Assembly: GCA_950097015.1 (NCBI GenBank)
Contig: CATNEN010000039.1
Location: forward strand, 17,918,001-17,982,000
DNA from: Macrostomum hystrix
Taxonomy: Eukaryota; Animalia; Platyhelminthes
Length of the DNA: 64,000 bases
Direction of reading: 5' to 3'
Shown: positions 29,001 to 40,625 of the stretch, piece after piece
How the letters are laid out: each line of letters opens with the position of its first letter
How positions within the stretch are numbered: the stretch's first letter is position 1
Notes under the pieces: model-generated
Databases searched by the model: none
What the model saw: the letters and a program-made list of their open reading frames with translations, nothing else
What the model was told of the DNA's origin: nothing
Position numbers and translations under genes: made by a program

Positions 29001-32000
29001 CTATATATTAACAATATAACATGTGGCAGTTAAAAAGTTATAACACCTGCCTGAGTCATTCTAGTCAGATGATTACACCTGCCTGAGTCATTCTAATCAG
29101 ATGATTACACCTGCCTGGGTCATTCTAGTCAGATGATTACACCTGCCTGAGTTATTCTAGTCAGATGATTACACCTGCCTGAGTCATTCTAGTCAGATGA
29201 TTACACCTGCCTGAGTCATTCTAATCAGATGATTACACCTGCCTGGGTCATTCTAGTCAGATGATTACACCTGCCTGAGTTATTCTAGTCAGATGATTAC
29301 ACCTGCCTGAGTTATTCTAGTCAGATGATTACACCTGCCTGAGTTATTCTAGTCAGATGATTACACCTGCCTGGGTCATTCTAGTCAGATGATTACACCT
29401 GCCTGAGTCATTCTAGTCAGATGATTACACCTGCCTGAGTTATTCTAGTCAGATGATTACACCTGCCTGAGTTATTCTAGTCAGATGATCACACCTGCCT
29501 GAGTCATTCTAGTCAGATGATTACACCTGCCTGAGTCATTCTAGTCAGATGATTACACCTGCCTGAGCCATTCTAGTCAGATGATTGTCAGCAGGTGTCT
29601 CACCTGAAGCAGGAATCTAAATCCGAAGTCTCTCAGTGGAAGATAAGCAAACACAGGAAATTCTTCGTCCAGAGCAGCTTCGCTCTCGTCGACATTGTCG
29701 TCGGCTTCGCCATCGTCGCCAAGTGGTACAGCCGCCGTCAATCTAGAAACTCGACCGTCGCCAACTTCAACATTGTCAGAAACTAGCAAATAATCTCTCT
29801 GAGCCAACAATCGGCCGTCGGAGCCGTCGTGAGTCTCCAACCGAACGGCCACATCGTCGCCACGATTGTTGTCAGCCTCGCTGTCCAAACAAACAAGCGA
29901 CGTTTCTCGTTTCAAATGATTTATCGATACTAGATTTAAACGACGCAGGCGATTTAGGAACAGAAGCAGTTCAGGTCGAAGCTCGTCTAGCATTGACGAA
30001 TTGGGGCCAGCGGGATTGCGCAATGGGATGCGAATTGTGGTGCCTGTAGCGAAATGTTTTATTTTGAATAACATTGCTTTCTAGTTTACAGTGAAGCGTT
30101 ACTTTGCTATCTGTCGGGATTAATTTGCTATTAAAAGATTGTCCGTTTCACGAAGCGTTTGATGTGCTAACGCGTTAGTTAAAGAAAGAAAAACGCAACT
30201 ATAGCAGAAGATCGTTTCTTTTATGAAACAAAGCGTTAATTAGCAAAGTGAAGCATAGATTAAAGAAATTAGCAAAAAATTACTTCAGGAAGTAAAGCGT
30301 TACTATCATACTAGCTTAAACGAGATTTGTTTACTTAAAGCTAGGTTTCTGCATAAACTCTAATTTGTTACTTCAAAACGTTACTTTTGGCATACCTGGA
30401 GTGGGAAGCAGTCCGGGCATCCAGTGCGGCAGTACGCAGCCCAATGGCCCAGCTTTGGCCAGATCGAATCGGAAATGAAAATTACCGGAATGAATCTCGG
30501 GCGCATCAGATACACGAAACACAGCCTTGAAGCCGATGCCTTTGTGACCGATTCGGCCGACTGAGTGGGGCGACTTTGTGCTTCGCCCGACGTCGCAGAT
30601 TGCCTTGACGGAGCGTCGAGTGAAGCCCGACTCATTGTAGGAGACGGTGAGTAGGGCGCCGCCTAAGATAGGAATTTGCGGTACGCGCGATTGAAAACTT
30701 TGTTAGAAGGGGTTGTAGCCTAGTAGTCTGAGTGTCGGACTTACGACTGGAAGGTCGTGGGTTCGATTCGCTTCTACTCAGGAACAATTTGTGTCCTTTA
30801 CCAAGACACTTAACTTTGCATTGCTTCAGTTCACCCAGCTGTTAAATGGGTGCCGGCGGACGCAGTCTCGTTAGACCGCTATGACCATGGACAAAGGAAA
30901 CACCTCAAATCCTACTCTACTCACCGTCGGACAGTTCAAAGCGCACGGCCGGAACAGAACCACCAGGATAGGCATTGTCGTCCGCATTCTGCAACAATTC
31001 CAGCAGAAAGTGCGCCTCGCCAGAGTACAAATCGCGCGACAAACGCTCTAGACTGCGGCCTAGACGCTCGTGATGCTCGCGCAGGGCCTCCGGCGTATTG
31101 TCGTCCTCGCCGTTGACTTCGCCATTGTCGTCTACAATGCCAAAGGCGACGCGTCGAATATCGTTGACAATGACGGCTCGACACGATGCCGAATCCAGGC
31201 CTAAGGCGTCCTCCGAGTCATCAACGTCGATATTGTCTTTTTTGTCGGCGACGGCTACGTCACAAGTTGGCATGACTGACTGAGACGGCTGTGTTGTAGC
31301 AGAGTTCTCTAAAGTCGGCGTCAGTCTCAGCTGAGGCCATGAGGCAGACAGTCGAAGTCGCGCATCGTCTGGTAGCGACTGGGCGAAACTTTCCTGATCG
31401 CCGTTATTATCGTCAATGTCGGCAATAAATTCGCCAACGCAAGTGTCGTAGCCGATGCTGGCGGCGGCAACGGCGGGCAGCCATCGGGCTAGTCGGCTGG
31501 CAAATTGAAGGCGCGCGAATCTCGGCCAGGCAGCCGAAGCGGCGCCAGCCAGTTGACGAATTGCCGCTCGCGGAAAATCGTCGAACAAATCGGCCTCGCC
31601 GTCGACACTGGCATCGGCGAGGACGCCAAGGCGAGAGTCGCTGCTGCGCACTGCGGCTGCCTTTCGAATAGCCAGCAGGGACGTCAAAATGCCGGCGGCG
31701 GCGCGGGCGTCCTCGGAGGCAACGGCGTCGCGGAAAGATTCCAGAGTGGCGTCGCCGGCGAGACGACGAAGACAACCAGACCCGGAGCGCAGGAAGAGCA
31801 GGGAGTGACGATTGGCAGCTGAGGGCGAAATTGAAAATTGAAGATGAAAATTACAAATATTCAAAAACAGGGTAAAAACGTAATAATAATCAGCAGTGGC
31901 AGTGGCAGAGGAAGTGGCATTGGGGGGAGGGGTGAGTGGCAGAGCTGTCAAACGCATTTGCCTTTCGCGCCAAGGTCCCTGAGCTCGATTCCGCGGCGAG

Positions 32001-35000
32001 GCCACATTTATTTGGGGGCGCAGCCGCGGAGAGAAGGCTTGGGAGATTGCCGTGCAATTTACGCCCTGGAGGGCCAACCTCTAAGGAACAGTGACATTGT
32101 ACACTGCCTGACGATGAGAAAGCCAGGGCAGATGTACACAACTGAGTGAGCGTGTGCCTGCGTACGTTATCTGTGTGTGTGTGTGTGCTCAGGAGTCAGC
32201 GAAATGGGCAGAATTGCCTCCTCGCTGGTTGTGGGTCTACAGTAACTAAATGAAGTACCACTGCCCAAAGCCCCCTGCAATTATTTTTTGTGTAAAAACT
32301 TTGCATGTTACTCGCAGTAGTAAAAACGAGAAAATTAGAGAACCTATTTCACCTTAGAGTTTTGAAACGGTTAGCAAATAATTTAGTGGTCCAACCTAAA
32401 ATTTATGCGATCCCACGACGGAATCGAGCTCAGGGATCTTGGTTTCAGAGTCTGACAAGCTCGCAGTTCTGCTTTTTTATAAGTATGCCCATTGACTAGT
32501 GGGCAGTCAACTGAACATATTTCCATATTTTTCTATACATATCGGCTCATCTAGCTTACCCGCAGTTGCATTGGCATTGAGAAAGTCGACTAGCCGCCCC
32601 AGTCGGGGCGAAAAGCGCAGATCCCAGGCTAATCGACGCTCGGCGTCGGCCAACAGCGGCAAAGCTGTCAGAGCGGCTAGAGCCTCCTCTGTAGCTTCCT
32701 CGATAGCATTAGCCTTAGCCTTGGCCGCTAGTCCGCTAGACATCAACCCGGTTTCGTCAACTAAAGCCACTGACTGGAGCGGACCCGAGCTGGTTGAGCT
32801 GGCTGCGACTGTGCCAGAAGTCGATGAGGGCAGAAACAAAGCGTCCAGAGCCTGGGCGAAAATAAGTAAATCTAATAATGGTCAAGCATACCATAATCCC
32901 AGATCCCTTGTCGCATTTTTCAACAATCCCACAATCCCAGATCCCTTGTCGCATTTTTCAACAATCCCACAATCCCAGATCCCTTGTCGCATTTTTCAAC
33001 AATCCCACAATCCCAGATCCCTTGTCGCATTTTTCAACAATCCCACAATCCCAGATCCCTTGTCGCATTTTTCAACAATCCCACAATCCCAGATCCCTTG
33101 TCGCATTTTTCAACAATCCCACAATCCCAGATCCCTTGTCGCATTTTTTAACAATCCCACAATCCCAGATCCCTTGTCGCATTTTTCAACAATACCACAA
33201 TCCCAGATCCCTTGTCGCATTTTTCAACAATCCCACAATCCCAGATCCCTTGTCGCATTTTTCAACAATCCCACAATCCCAGATCCCTTGTCGCATTTTT
33301 CAACAATCCCACAATCCCAGATCCCTTGTCGCATTTTTCAATAATCCCACAATTCCAGATCCTTAAGTCAAAAATCCCACAATTCAAAATCCATAAGTCA
33401 ATAATCCTACAATCCCAGATCCTCAAGTCAATAATCCCACAATCTCAGATCCTCAAGTCAATAATCCCACAATCCCAGATCATCAAGTCAATAATCCCAC
33501 AATCTCAGATCCTCAAGTGAATAATCCTACAATCTCAGATCCTCAAGTCAATAATCCTACAATCTCAGATCCTCAAGTGAATAATCCTACAATCTCAAAT
33601 CCTCAAGTGAATAATCCTACAATCTCAGATCCTCAAGTGAATAATCCTACAATCTCAAATCCTCAAGTGAACAATCCTACAATCTCAGATCCTCAAGTGA
33701 ACAATCCTACAATCTCAGATCCTCAAGTCAATAATCCCACAATCTCAGATCCTCAAGTGAACAATCCTACAATCTCAGATCCTCAAGTGAATAATCCTAC
33801 AATCTCAAATCCTCAAGTGAATAATCCTACAATCTCAAATCCTCAAGTGAATAATCCTACAATCTCAAATCCTCAAGTGAACAATCCTACAATCTCAGAT
33901 CCTCAAGTGAACAATCCTACAATCTCAGATCCTCAAGTGAACAATCCTACAATCTCAGATCCTCAAGTCAATAATCCCACAATCTCAGATCCTCAAGTGA
34001 ATAATCCTACAATCTCAAATCCTCAAGTGAATAATCCTACAATCTCAAATCCTCAAGTGAATAATCCTACAATCTCAGATCCTCAAGTGAATAATCCTAC
34101 AATCTCAAATCCTCAAGTGAATAATCCTACAATCTCAAATCCTCAAGTGAATAATCCCACAATCTCAGATCCTCAAGTGAATAATCCTACAATCTCAGAT
34201 CCTCAAGTGAATAATCCTACAATCTCAGATCCTCAAGTGAACAATCCTACAATCTCAGATCCTCAAGTGAATAATCCTACAATCTCAGATCCTCAAGTGA
34301 ATAATCCTACAATCTCAGATCCTCAAGTGAATAATCCTACAATCTCAGATCCTCAAGTGAATAATCCTACAATCTCAGATCCTCAAGTGAATAATCCTAC
34401 AATCTCAGATCCTCAAGTGAATAATCCTACAATCTCAGATCCTCAAGTGAATAATCCTACAATCTCAGATCCTCAAGTGAATAATCCTACAATCTCAGAT
34501 CCTCAAGTCAATAATCCCACAATCTCAGATCCTCAAGTCAATAATCCTACAATTCCAGATCCTCAAGTCAATAATCCTACAATTCCAGATCCTCAAGTCA
34601 ATAATCCCACATTTCCAGATCCTCAAGTGTCATATTCAACCATCCATAATCGCATGTTTCAAATCGTTACTCACTGCAGCCAGCCTAGCATCAGTAGCTA
34701 AACAACTCAATAGAGCAGCAGCTGCCGATGATTCTCGATCGTCGGCCGAACAGCGATCAACAAGCTCGGCGTGCAGCTCTTCCATGGTGGCCGAGACGGA
34801 GTTTGTCGGCAGGGGGCGACGCCCGGTGTCAGCGCTGGCGGCGCTGTCACCAAGGAGACGTTCGAGAATAATTCTGGCAGCCTCCGGTGTAGAAATCTGC
34901 TGATTCTGCTTTCGCTTTTCTGATTCGTTCTTATTCACTGTGATTATTTCTACGGCATTCGACGAAGAGTTGTCGGAGCTGTCACTGCTGTCAGTGCAGC

Positions 35001-38000
35001 TACTTTCTTCGATAATCACAACCGAATTGTTGGACTTGTCTGCGGGTTTAAAATCGCACTTTTAAAAACAAAGACTTAAGTAATTTCTCATTTTAAAAGC
35101 TTAGGGTTTAAAAGCTTAAAAGGAGGCAATGCTGCCCATTTCCCTGACTCCTGGGCACACACGCACTTACCGTACGCAGGCACAAGCTCACTCAGTTGTG
35201 TACATCTGCCCTGACTTTCTCATCGTCAGGCAGTGTACACTCTTACTGATCTTTGGAGGTCGGCCCCTTAAAAGGCGTTTCCAAGGCTGCGACCCAAGGC
35301 TGCGCTCTGCCACTCACCCGTTATAAGTTTGGTTTAGAACGTCATGAAATTTTTCAAATGAATAGCATTATCAGCCAACGCAATTTACCTAATTCTCGGC
35401 TGCACTTAAAACATTTGCGTTGATCAGCATCGACTCCGGCATCCGTCAGGCCGAACAGTCGCCTACGCAGTGCTTCGGCATCCTGACGAAGTCGATTACC
35501 AACGCCGTCAGCTGTGGCGCACAGAGCCAAATGTAGCAGCTTGTGAGCCAGCGGACCCTCGGCTTCGATAGCGCGCAGAAAACCAGCCACGGAGGCCTGC
35601 AGAGCCAGCCCAGTCAGGCCGTCGGAGGTTTCGCGCAGTACATCGACTAGGCAGGCATAATTGGCCGCAACATCGCGCAGGCAATTCAGCGGCTTCATTT
35701 TTGTCAGCTGGCGACGCAACTGCCAACCGGAGCCGCCATGTCGACGCATCAGCAGCTTCGCTAGGAAAGCTTCGTAGGCTGATTGGACCCGGTTAATTGA
35801 CGCTTGGCGCATCGACTCTATGTGCCTGAAGGAAATAAAATATGACGATTGATTTTATTTGGGCTTCAGAAACTGATTTTAAAACTTACCAACTGGCAGA
35901 CAGACGGACACCCATCAAAGACAGCAAGACGGACTACAATCAAAGACAGACGGACTACAATCAAAGACAGACGGACTACAATCAAAGACAGACGGACTAC
36001 AATCAAAGACAGACGGACTACAATCAAACACAGACGGACTACAATCAAACACAGACGGACTACAATCAAAGACAGACGGACACCCATCAAAGACAGCAAG
36101 ACGGACTACAATCAAAGACAGACGGACTACAATCAAAGACAGACGGACTACAATCAAAGACAGACGGACTACAATCAAACACAGACGGACTACAATCAAA
36201 CACTGACGGACTACAATCAAAGACAGACAGACACCAATAAAAGACAGACGGACAGCCATCAAAGACACAGGGACGACGAGTAAACCTAGTAGATATTATC
36301 AGATAGATAACTTAGTAAGGACTGAAATAAAAAGCAAAAAAGACAGACAGACAGACAGAAAACTTAGAAAAAAAACACAGATAGACAGCCTGTAAAGACA
36401 ATAAGACACCAATTAAGGACATACCTAGACAGAGATACAATCAACAGACAGACAGATAGACACGAAGGCTGGACAGAGTGATTAATACCCACCAAGGACA
36501 ATCAGACAGAGGCATTACAAAAGTCAGGCGTAGACAAATAGTAAGTACCTGGACAGATGAGACAGGCACAATGGTAGCTATGGATTAGCTACTCACGTTT
36601 TTATCATTGGTTCATTGCGAGCCAGCCGAATAGTGCCAAACAGGGCACCGAGTAGGGGGCCAAAACTGGCTATGCGAACGCACAGCTGCTGCGGATTAGC
36701 AACGCCACGCCTTGAGCACAGGTAGGCCAGGAAGGCGTCGCAGTCCGTGGCCTCAACGCGGCGGCCCCGACTAGAGGAGAACTCGTCCAGGTGATTCAAA
36801 ACGTCCTGGGAGCAGATCTAGCAATTCGAATCGGGTTTGGTTTGGAATCTTTGACTAAGTTCGAAGAGAGGTCGGGAGTTCGAAGCTCAGGATGAAAAAA
36901 ATTCCAAGAGCAAGACACTAAATTCCATTCTATCAATTATCAACCATCAATTATAATCCAGCTAATGCTGATACTCATTTAGCCTAGTCACGACCAACTC
37001 ACGGACTCAGGATTTGAAGGTCAGGGGTTCGAATATAAATGTATATCACCATTATTATAAATCGAAAAATAATAACCTGAGGCACAGAGCGCAACGATGG
37101 ATCGGGCCAAAAGAAATCGCACACAGCAGGTAAAAATAACGGACTGCCAAGCAGTGCCACGTCTGGCGATAGGCCGCGCGAATTGTTCAGAGAGGCTGCT
37201 ACCTCAGCCAAGGTGATGAGATTGCGCTGACGGACTAGACACTGCAAATGGAATATTCTGCGTGAAATCTTTGAGCAACTTTTGTTTAGAAAGTAAATAA
37301 AAAAACAATTAAATCGCTACTTGAGTGAGGCGGGAGAGAGACAGAGAGGTCTAACGTGTCAGATCTAGCTCGATTCCGCGGCGAGGCCGCATTCATTTAT
37401 GGCGCCGCCACGTAGAGAAGGCTTGGGGGCTTACGCCCTTAGAGGGTCAATCTCCAAGGCACAGTGAGAGTGTACACTGCCTGACACACTAGCAGCTTCA
37501 TAGCGAATATGATTATAATATAATAATAAATAAGTACACCTGCCCCAGCTCTAAAAATACTAGTGCAGCCAACAGCACGGCCGCAGCTATTGCGCGGCTC
37601 ATCTGAAAACTGTGTACAACTGTTTAACTATCAATAGCTAATAATTCAAATACATAGCTGCTGCTGATGTCAATTATGACAGCTAAATGACACCATTTTT
37701 TGCAGCCTAGATAAGTGAATTACGCAGCTTCGCACCTGAACATGCAGGTTGGCCTGCTGACCAGCCCGCTCCAACCGTCGCAGCAGAGGCACCCGATCCG
37801 AATTAACAATGCCCCAATGCCAAAGCCGATCAGCTCCGAGTCTATGCGACATCAGTTCTAGAACGCGCCGACTCTCCGGATAGCGACCGCTGTCAACAAG
37901 ATGGCGGACGCAATCTAACGCTACCCGATCTAGCTGCTGCGGGCTTGGCGGCGGCGGCATCCGGTGTGGCGCACTGGCCGCTGGCGGAAATTGAAACGGT

Positions 38001-38581
38001 GCATCGCCCTGAATATTTTCAGTTAGCAGGATGACGAATTCGGGCTCTGTCTGGGTCGCAGCCGGAACGGATGGCTTCGACTGAGGCGGCGTCGATAACG
38101 GAGGTGGCGGAGCTGCAGAATTCGGTCTAGGCTGCAGAGGAACCCTGCCCGATTGCATCCTAGCTACACTACTGTCAGTAGGAGTAGCAGAAAATGGTAA
38201 TTCAGCTAGAAAATTCTTAGCTCGTTGAACAGCCTCGCTGCATAGCGAAGCTGTTGGACTGGCCGACCTACGAGGTCGAAGCTTGGACTTTGTGACTGAT
38301 GGGGTGATGTCAATGATGACGCAATCATCGTTTTGTGAGTCAGTTTCACTATCAGTGTCGCTTGAATCACTATCAGAAGTGGATGCCGATATTACTTTGG
38401 CAATAGTAGAAGAACCAGCTTGCTGTGACATTGGTGTGTCTGCTTTATGATTGTTTTGCAAAATTTCTAGCTTTTTATTGCTGCTGCTATTGCTGCTAGT
38501 TTTGCTGTTTGCTGAGCGAATTGTGGAACTGGATGGCTTGGCATCCAAAAAAAATTCTGATGATTTTATTGGATTGGAATC
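23070..38581 (-). CDS. NO VEIN-like protein: sacsin-type GHKL/HATPase domain plus C-terminal DUF3883 (NOV_C). Exons 38581-37736, 37241-37077, 36817-36597, 35825-35389, 35039-34675, 32851-32560, 31818-30925, 30662-30396, 30043-29604, 28969-28787, 27740-27261, 26513-23070 (2678 codons; first ATG at 38431, 5' end uncertain)
   Basis: All 11 introns are GT-AG and phase-consistent. Motifs: LSRDLYS...HFLLELLQNADDN, YNESGF...AICDVGRSTK...IGHKGIGFKAVF, GTTIRIP, LLLFLNRLR, FAYLPLR...FLLQGDF.IPSSREDI...WN, and C-terminal GRLGE...WLNE.GE.G.PFDI...LEVKS...FHLS..E. Confidence 0.9.
26525..27220. repeat. 24-25-bp minisatellite filling the last NOV-like intron
   Basis: Unit gggggagagcgatactgaatgact / ...gaaggaat. 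Confidence 0.95.
27813..28690. repeat. 23-bp intronic minisatellite
   Basis: Unit gtgacaagataggagtgactgga. Confidence 0.95.
29044..29586. repeat. 32-bp intronic minisatellite
   Basis: Unit acacctgcctgagtcattctagtcagatgatt. Confidence 0.96.
30708..30860 (+). mobile_element. tRNA-derived CORE-type SINE (family B) in a NOV-like intron
   Basis: A box tagcctagtagt and B box ggttcgattc, followed by gtgtcctttaccaagacacttaac...gcttcagttcacccagctgttaaatggg, which resembles the MIR/CORE domain. Confidence 0.7.
31925..32290 (+). mobile_element. tRNA-derived SINE family A, full length, intronic
   Basis: tRNA-like head ggtgagtggcagagc...gagctcgattccgcggcgaggcca; body matches the 17241 copy. Confidence 0.82.
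32894..34630. repeat. Compound intronic minisatellite: 38-bp array (32894-33365) grading into a 30-bp array (33366-34630)
   Basis: Units aatcccagatcccttgtcgcatttttcaacaatcccac and cctcaagtgaataatcctacaatctcagat. Confidence 0.96.
35122..35320 (-). mobile_element. SINE family A, deleted copy
   Basis: Reverse complement of the family A head and body. Confidence 0.75.
35897..36265. repeat. 21-bp intronic minisatellite
   Basis: Unit acagacggactacaatcaaag. Confidence 0.94.
37365..37487 (+). mobile_element. SINE family A, partial
   Basis: agctcgattccgcggcgaggcc...gtacactgcctgac. Confidence 0.75.
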
Positions 38582-40625
38582 CTGAAGTAACAATTTAAAC
38601 TAATTTCATAAAACATTCAATATAAATTTGACATTTTTTTCCAAGATAGATGACTTTCTGTAACATATAGCACATACATTAGAAAAAGAAAAGCTATTTA
38701 GATGCTATTACTATCTTACTATCTTAGCACTGCAAAAATGTATAGCATGATGATCTGGCCAATCCTAAGGGGCCTTTGGCCTATACCAGTAAGGTATATC
38801 TGGCATTAAACTGTATTTTTATAAAAATTTGAAAGCTAACGTATGTATTAAGCTAGAAAGCTAGATTTATTATTATTCTAGTATTAGCCAATAAATGCTC
38901 AATGATAGCTAATGACTAAAAGCTATATATAAAACTAGCTAGGCTTAAATTAACGATGGACCTACCTCCTCTAGTATAAGTTGAAAAAAATTAATTGGCT
39001 TTGGCTTGTTTGCTTTTAAATAGCGAATAATAACCCTAGGCCTGCAGCTAGACATATTATAGGCTAGTTTAATATTATAGGAAAAATTGTTCACCAATAG
39101 TTGCAATCATGTTTAAATTATGTCTGCTAGAAGCTAGGCCTATGGTTACCAAAAAAGATTTTTTGCTAGGTGTTTTAAACAAAATATGTAGTAAGTAGTA
39201 GAATATCACCTAGTGGTCTAGCCTCATCTTTCTACTACTGATATTCTACCTCATCCGTAAAACTCGAAGTGAGGCCATCTAGGCCTCCATGTAAATAAAT
39301 AAACAAAAAGAAAAAGATCAATTATTCTTATTTAAGGACACAAAAGCCTGGCACTGGAAAGCACAACACCTACACCAAAATGCCTGGCAACCAATATAAG
39401 CTACATTATGTATTTAGTAATTAAGGAATGACATTAGACCTAGGCCTATGCCAAATGCTACCTACACAAGCTAGGTCTTAACTAGGGCTAAAGCCTAATA
39501 CTTAAAACATTAGGCCCTATTGCCCCTGCCCTAGATAGCCAATAAGGCAAATCCTATTGCCGGGGCAATAGGTCAATAGGCCTAGGGCCTAACATAAGCT
39601 ATATTTGGCTAAAATACTGAGTGCATTTATAATTATGAGTAGGCGTAGGCCTATGAATGTAGTAGGCCTAGATACTAAGATACCTTGATAGATTGTAGGC
39701 TCCCCCTATATATTCCCCATTTATACATTGCTTTTATTGCTAGGGCAATAAAAAAGCTTAGTAGGCTATTTTCTTATTTATTGACTGGGTCACTCAAGCA
39801 TAATATTGCCATAGACAATTTTTATAAATGGGTGATAATATATATGTATCCCCCAGTTGCATTTGTGCAATAGCCTATGTTCTTATGGTTTATTTCATTT
39901 ATCTGCACGACTAAAGATAAATTATTTATTTACATAGGCACTGAGTGCAGATAAATGACAACTTTAGGCCTATAGCTTAAAATGAAATCGATGCAACATA
40001 AAAGTTTAAGAATATATTATATATGATGCAGATAACAGTGATTTGTCATTGTTTATAAATGTGATGGTCACATTAATAGTGGCACCACAAGCCTCAATCT
40101 GCATTCGTTTGTGCAGTGCTCCTTAGTCCTTCAATGACTTTTGTTTCACTTTCACGAAAGTCTGTCCTGGTTGCAGCAGTACAATTTGTTGATATAGTCA
40201 CAGTTGACATGCTCATTGTACTGATCTCAGTACAGCTACATTTCTTTGGCATGTTTGTTCAAACCTTTCTTCGATGAGTGCATTAACTTTTTGTAAAAAA
40301 TAGGCCTATTGACGGGCACGGGCGCGCGCGGTGCGTTCGTTGCAGTTGATTCAAATTGGTGCCATTTTTCGGGTGCCACTCTTTTCGTCTGCCGCCAGTT
40401 CGTCTGCTGGGCAGACGAACAAACTATTTTGCGTTAAACTTTTCGTCTGCTGGAAACTCAAGTTTAACGAGACTTAGATTCTTAGAACAACCGAAATCAG
40501 TAAAACAATCAATCAAACGACAAAATATCGCGCAAATTTAAAATCTTTTCGCTTTGAACCACATATATATAGCGTATGCAACTCATTGTCATTGCACACC
40601 ACATTTGCGTGCCTGGATAATCGAA

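Noticed and set aside
30708-30785. tRNA-Val gene
   Set aside because: The acceptor and T stems do not pair properly and the sequence continues into a CORE-like body; it is a SINE head. The same applies to family A heads.
32499-34701. Plus-strand repeat ORFs such as (NNPTISDPQV)n
   Set aside because: Translations of intronic minisatellites antisense to the NOV-like gene.
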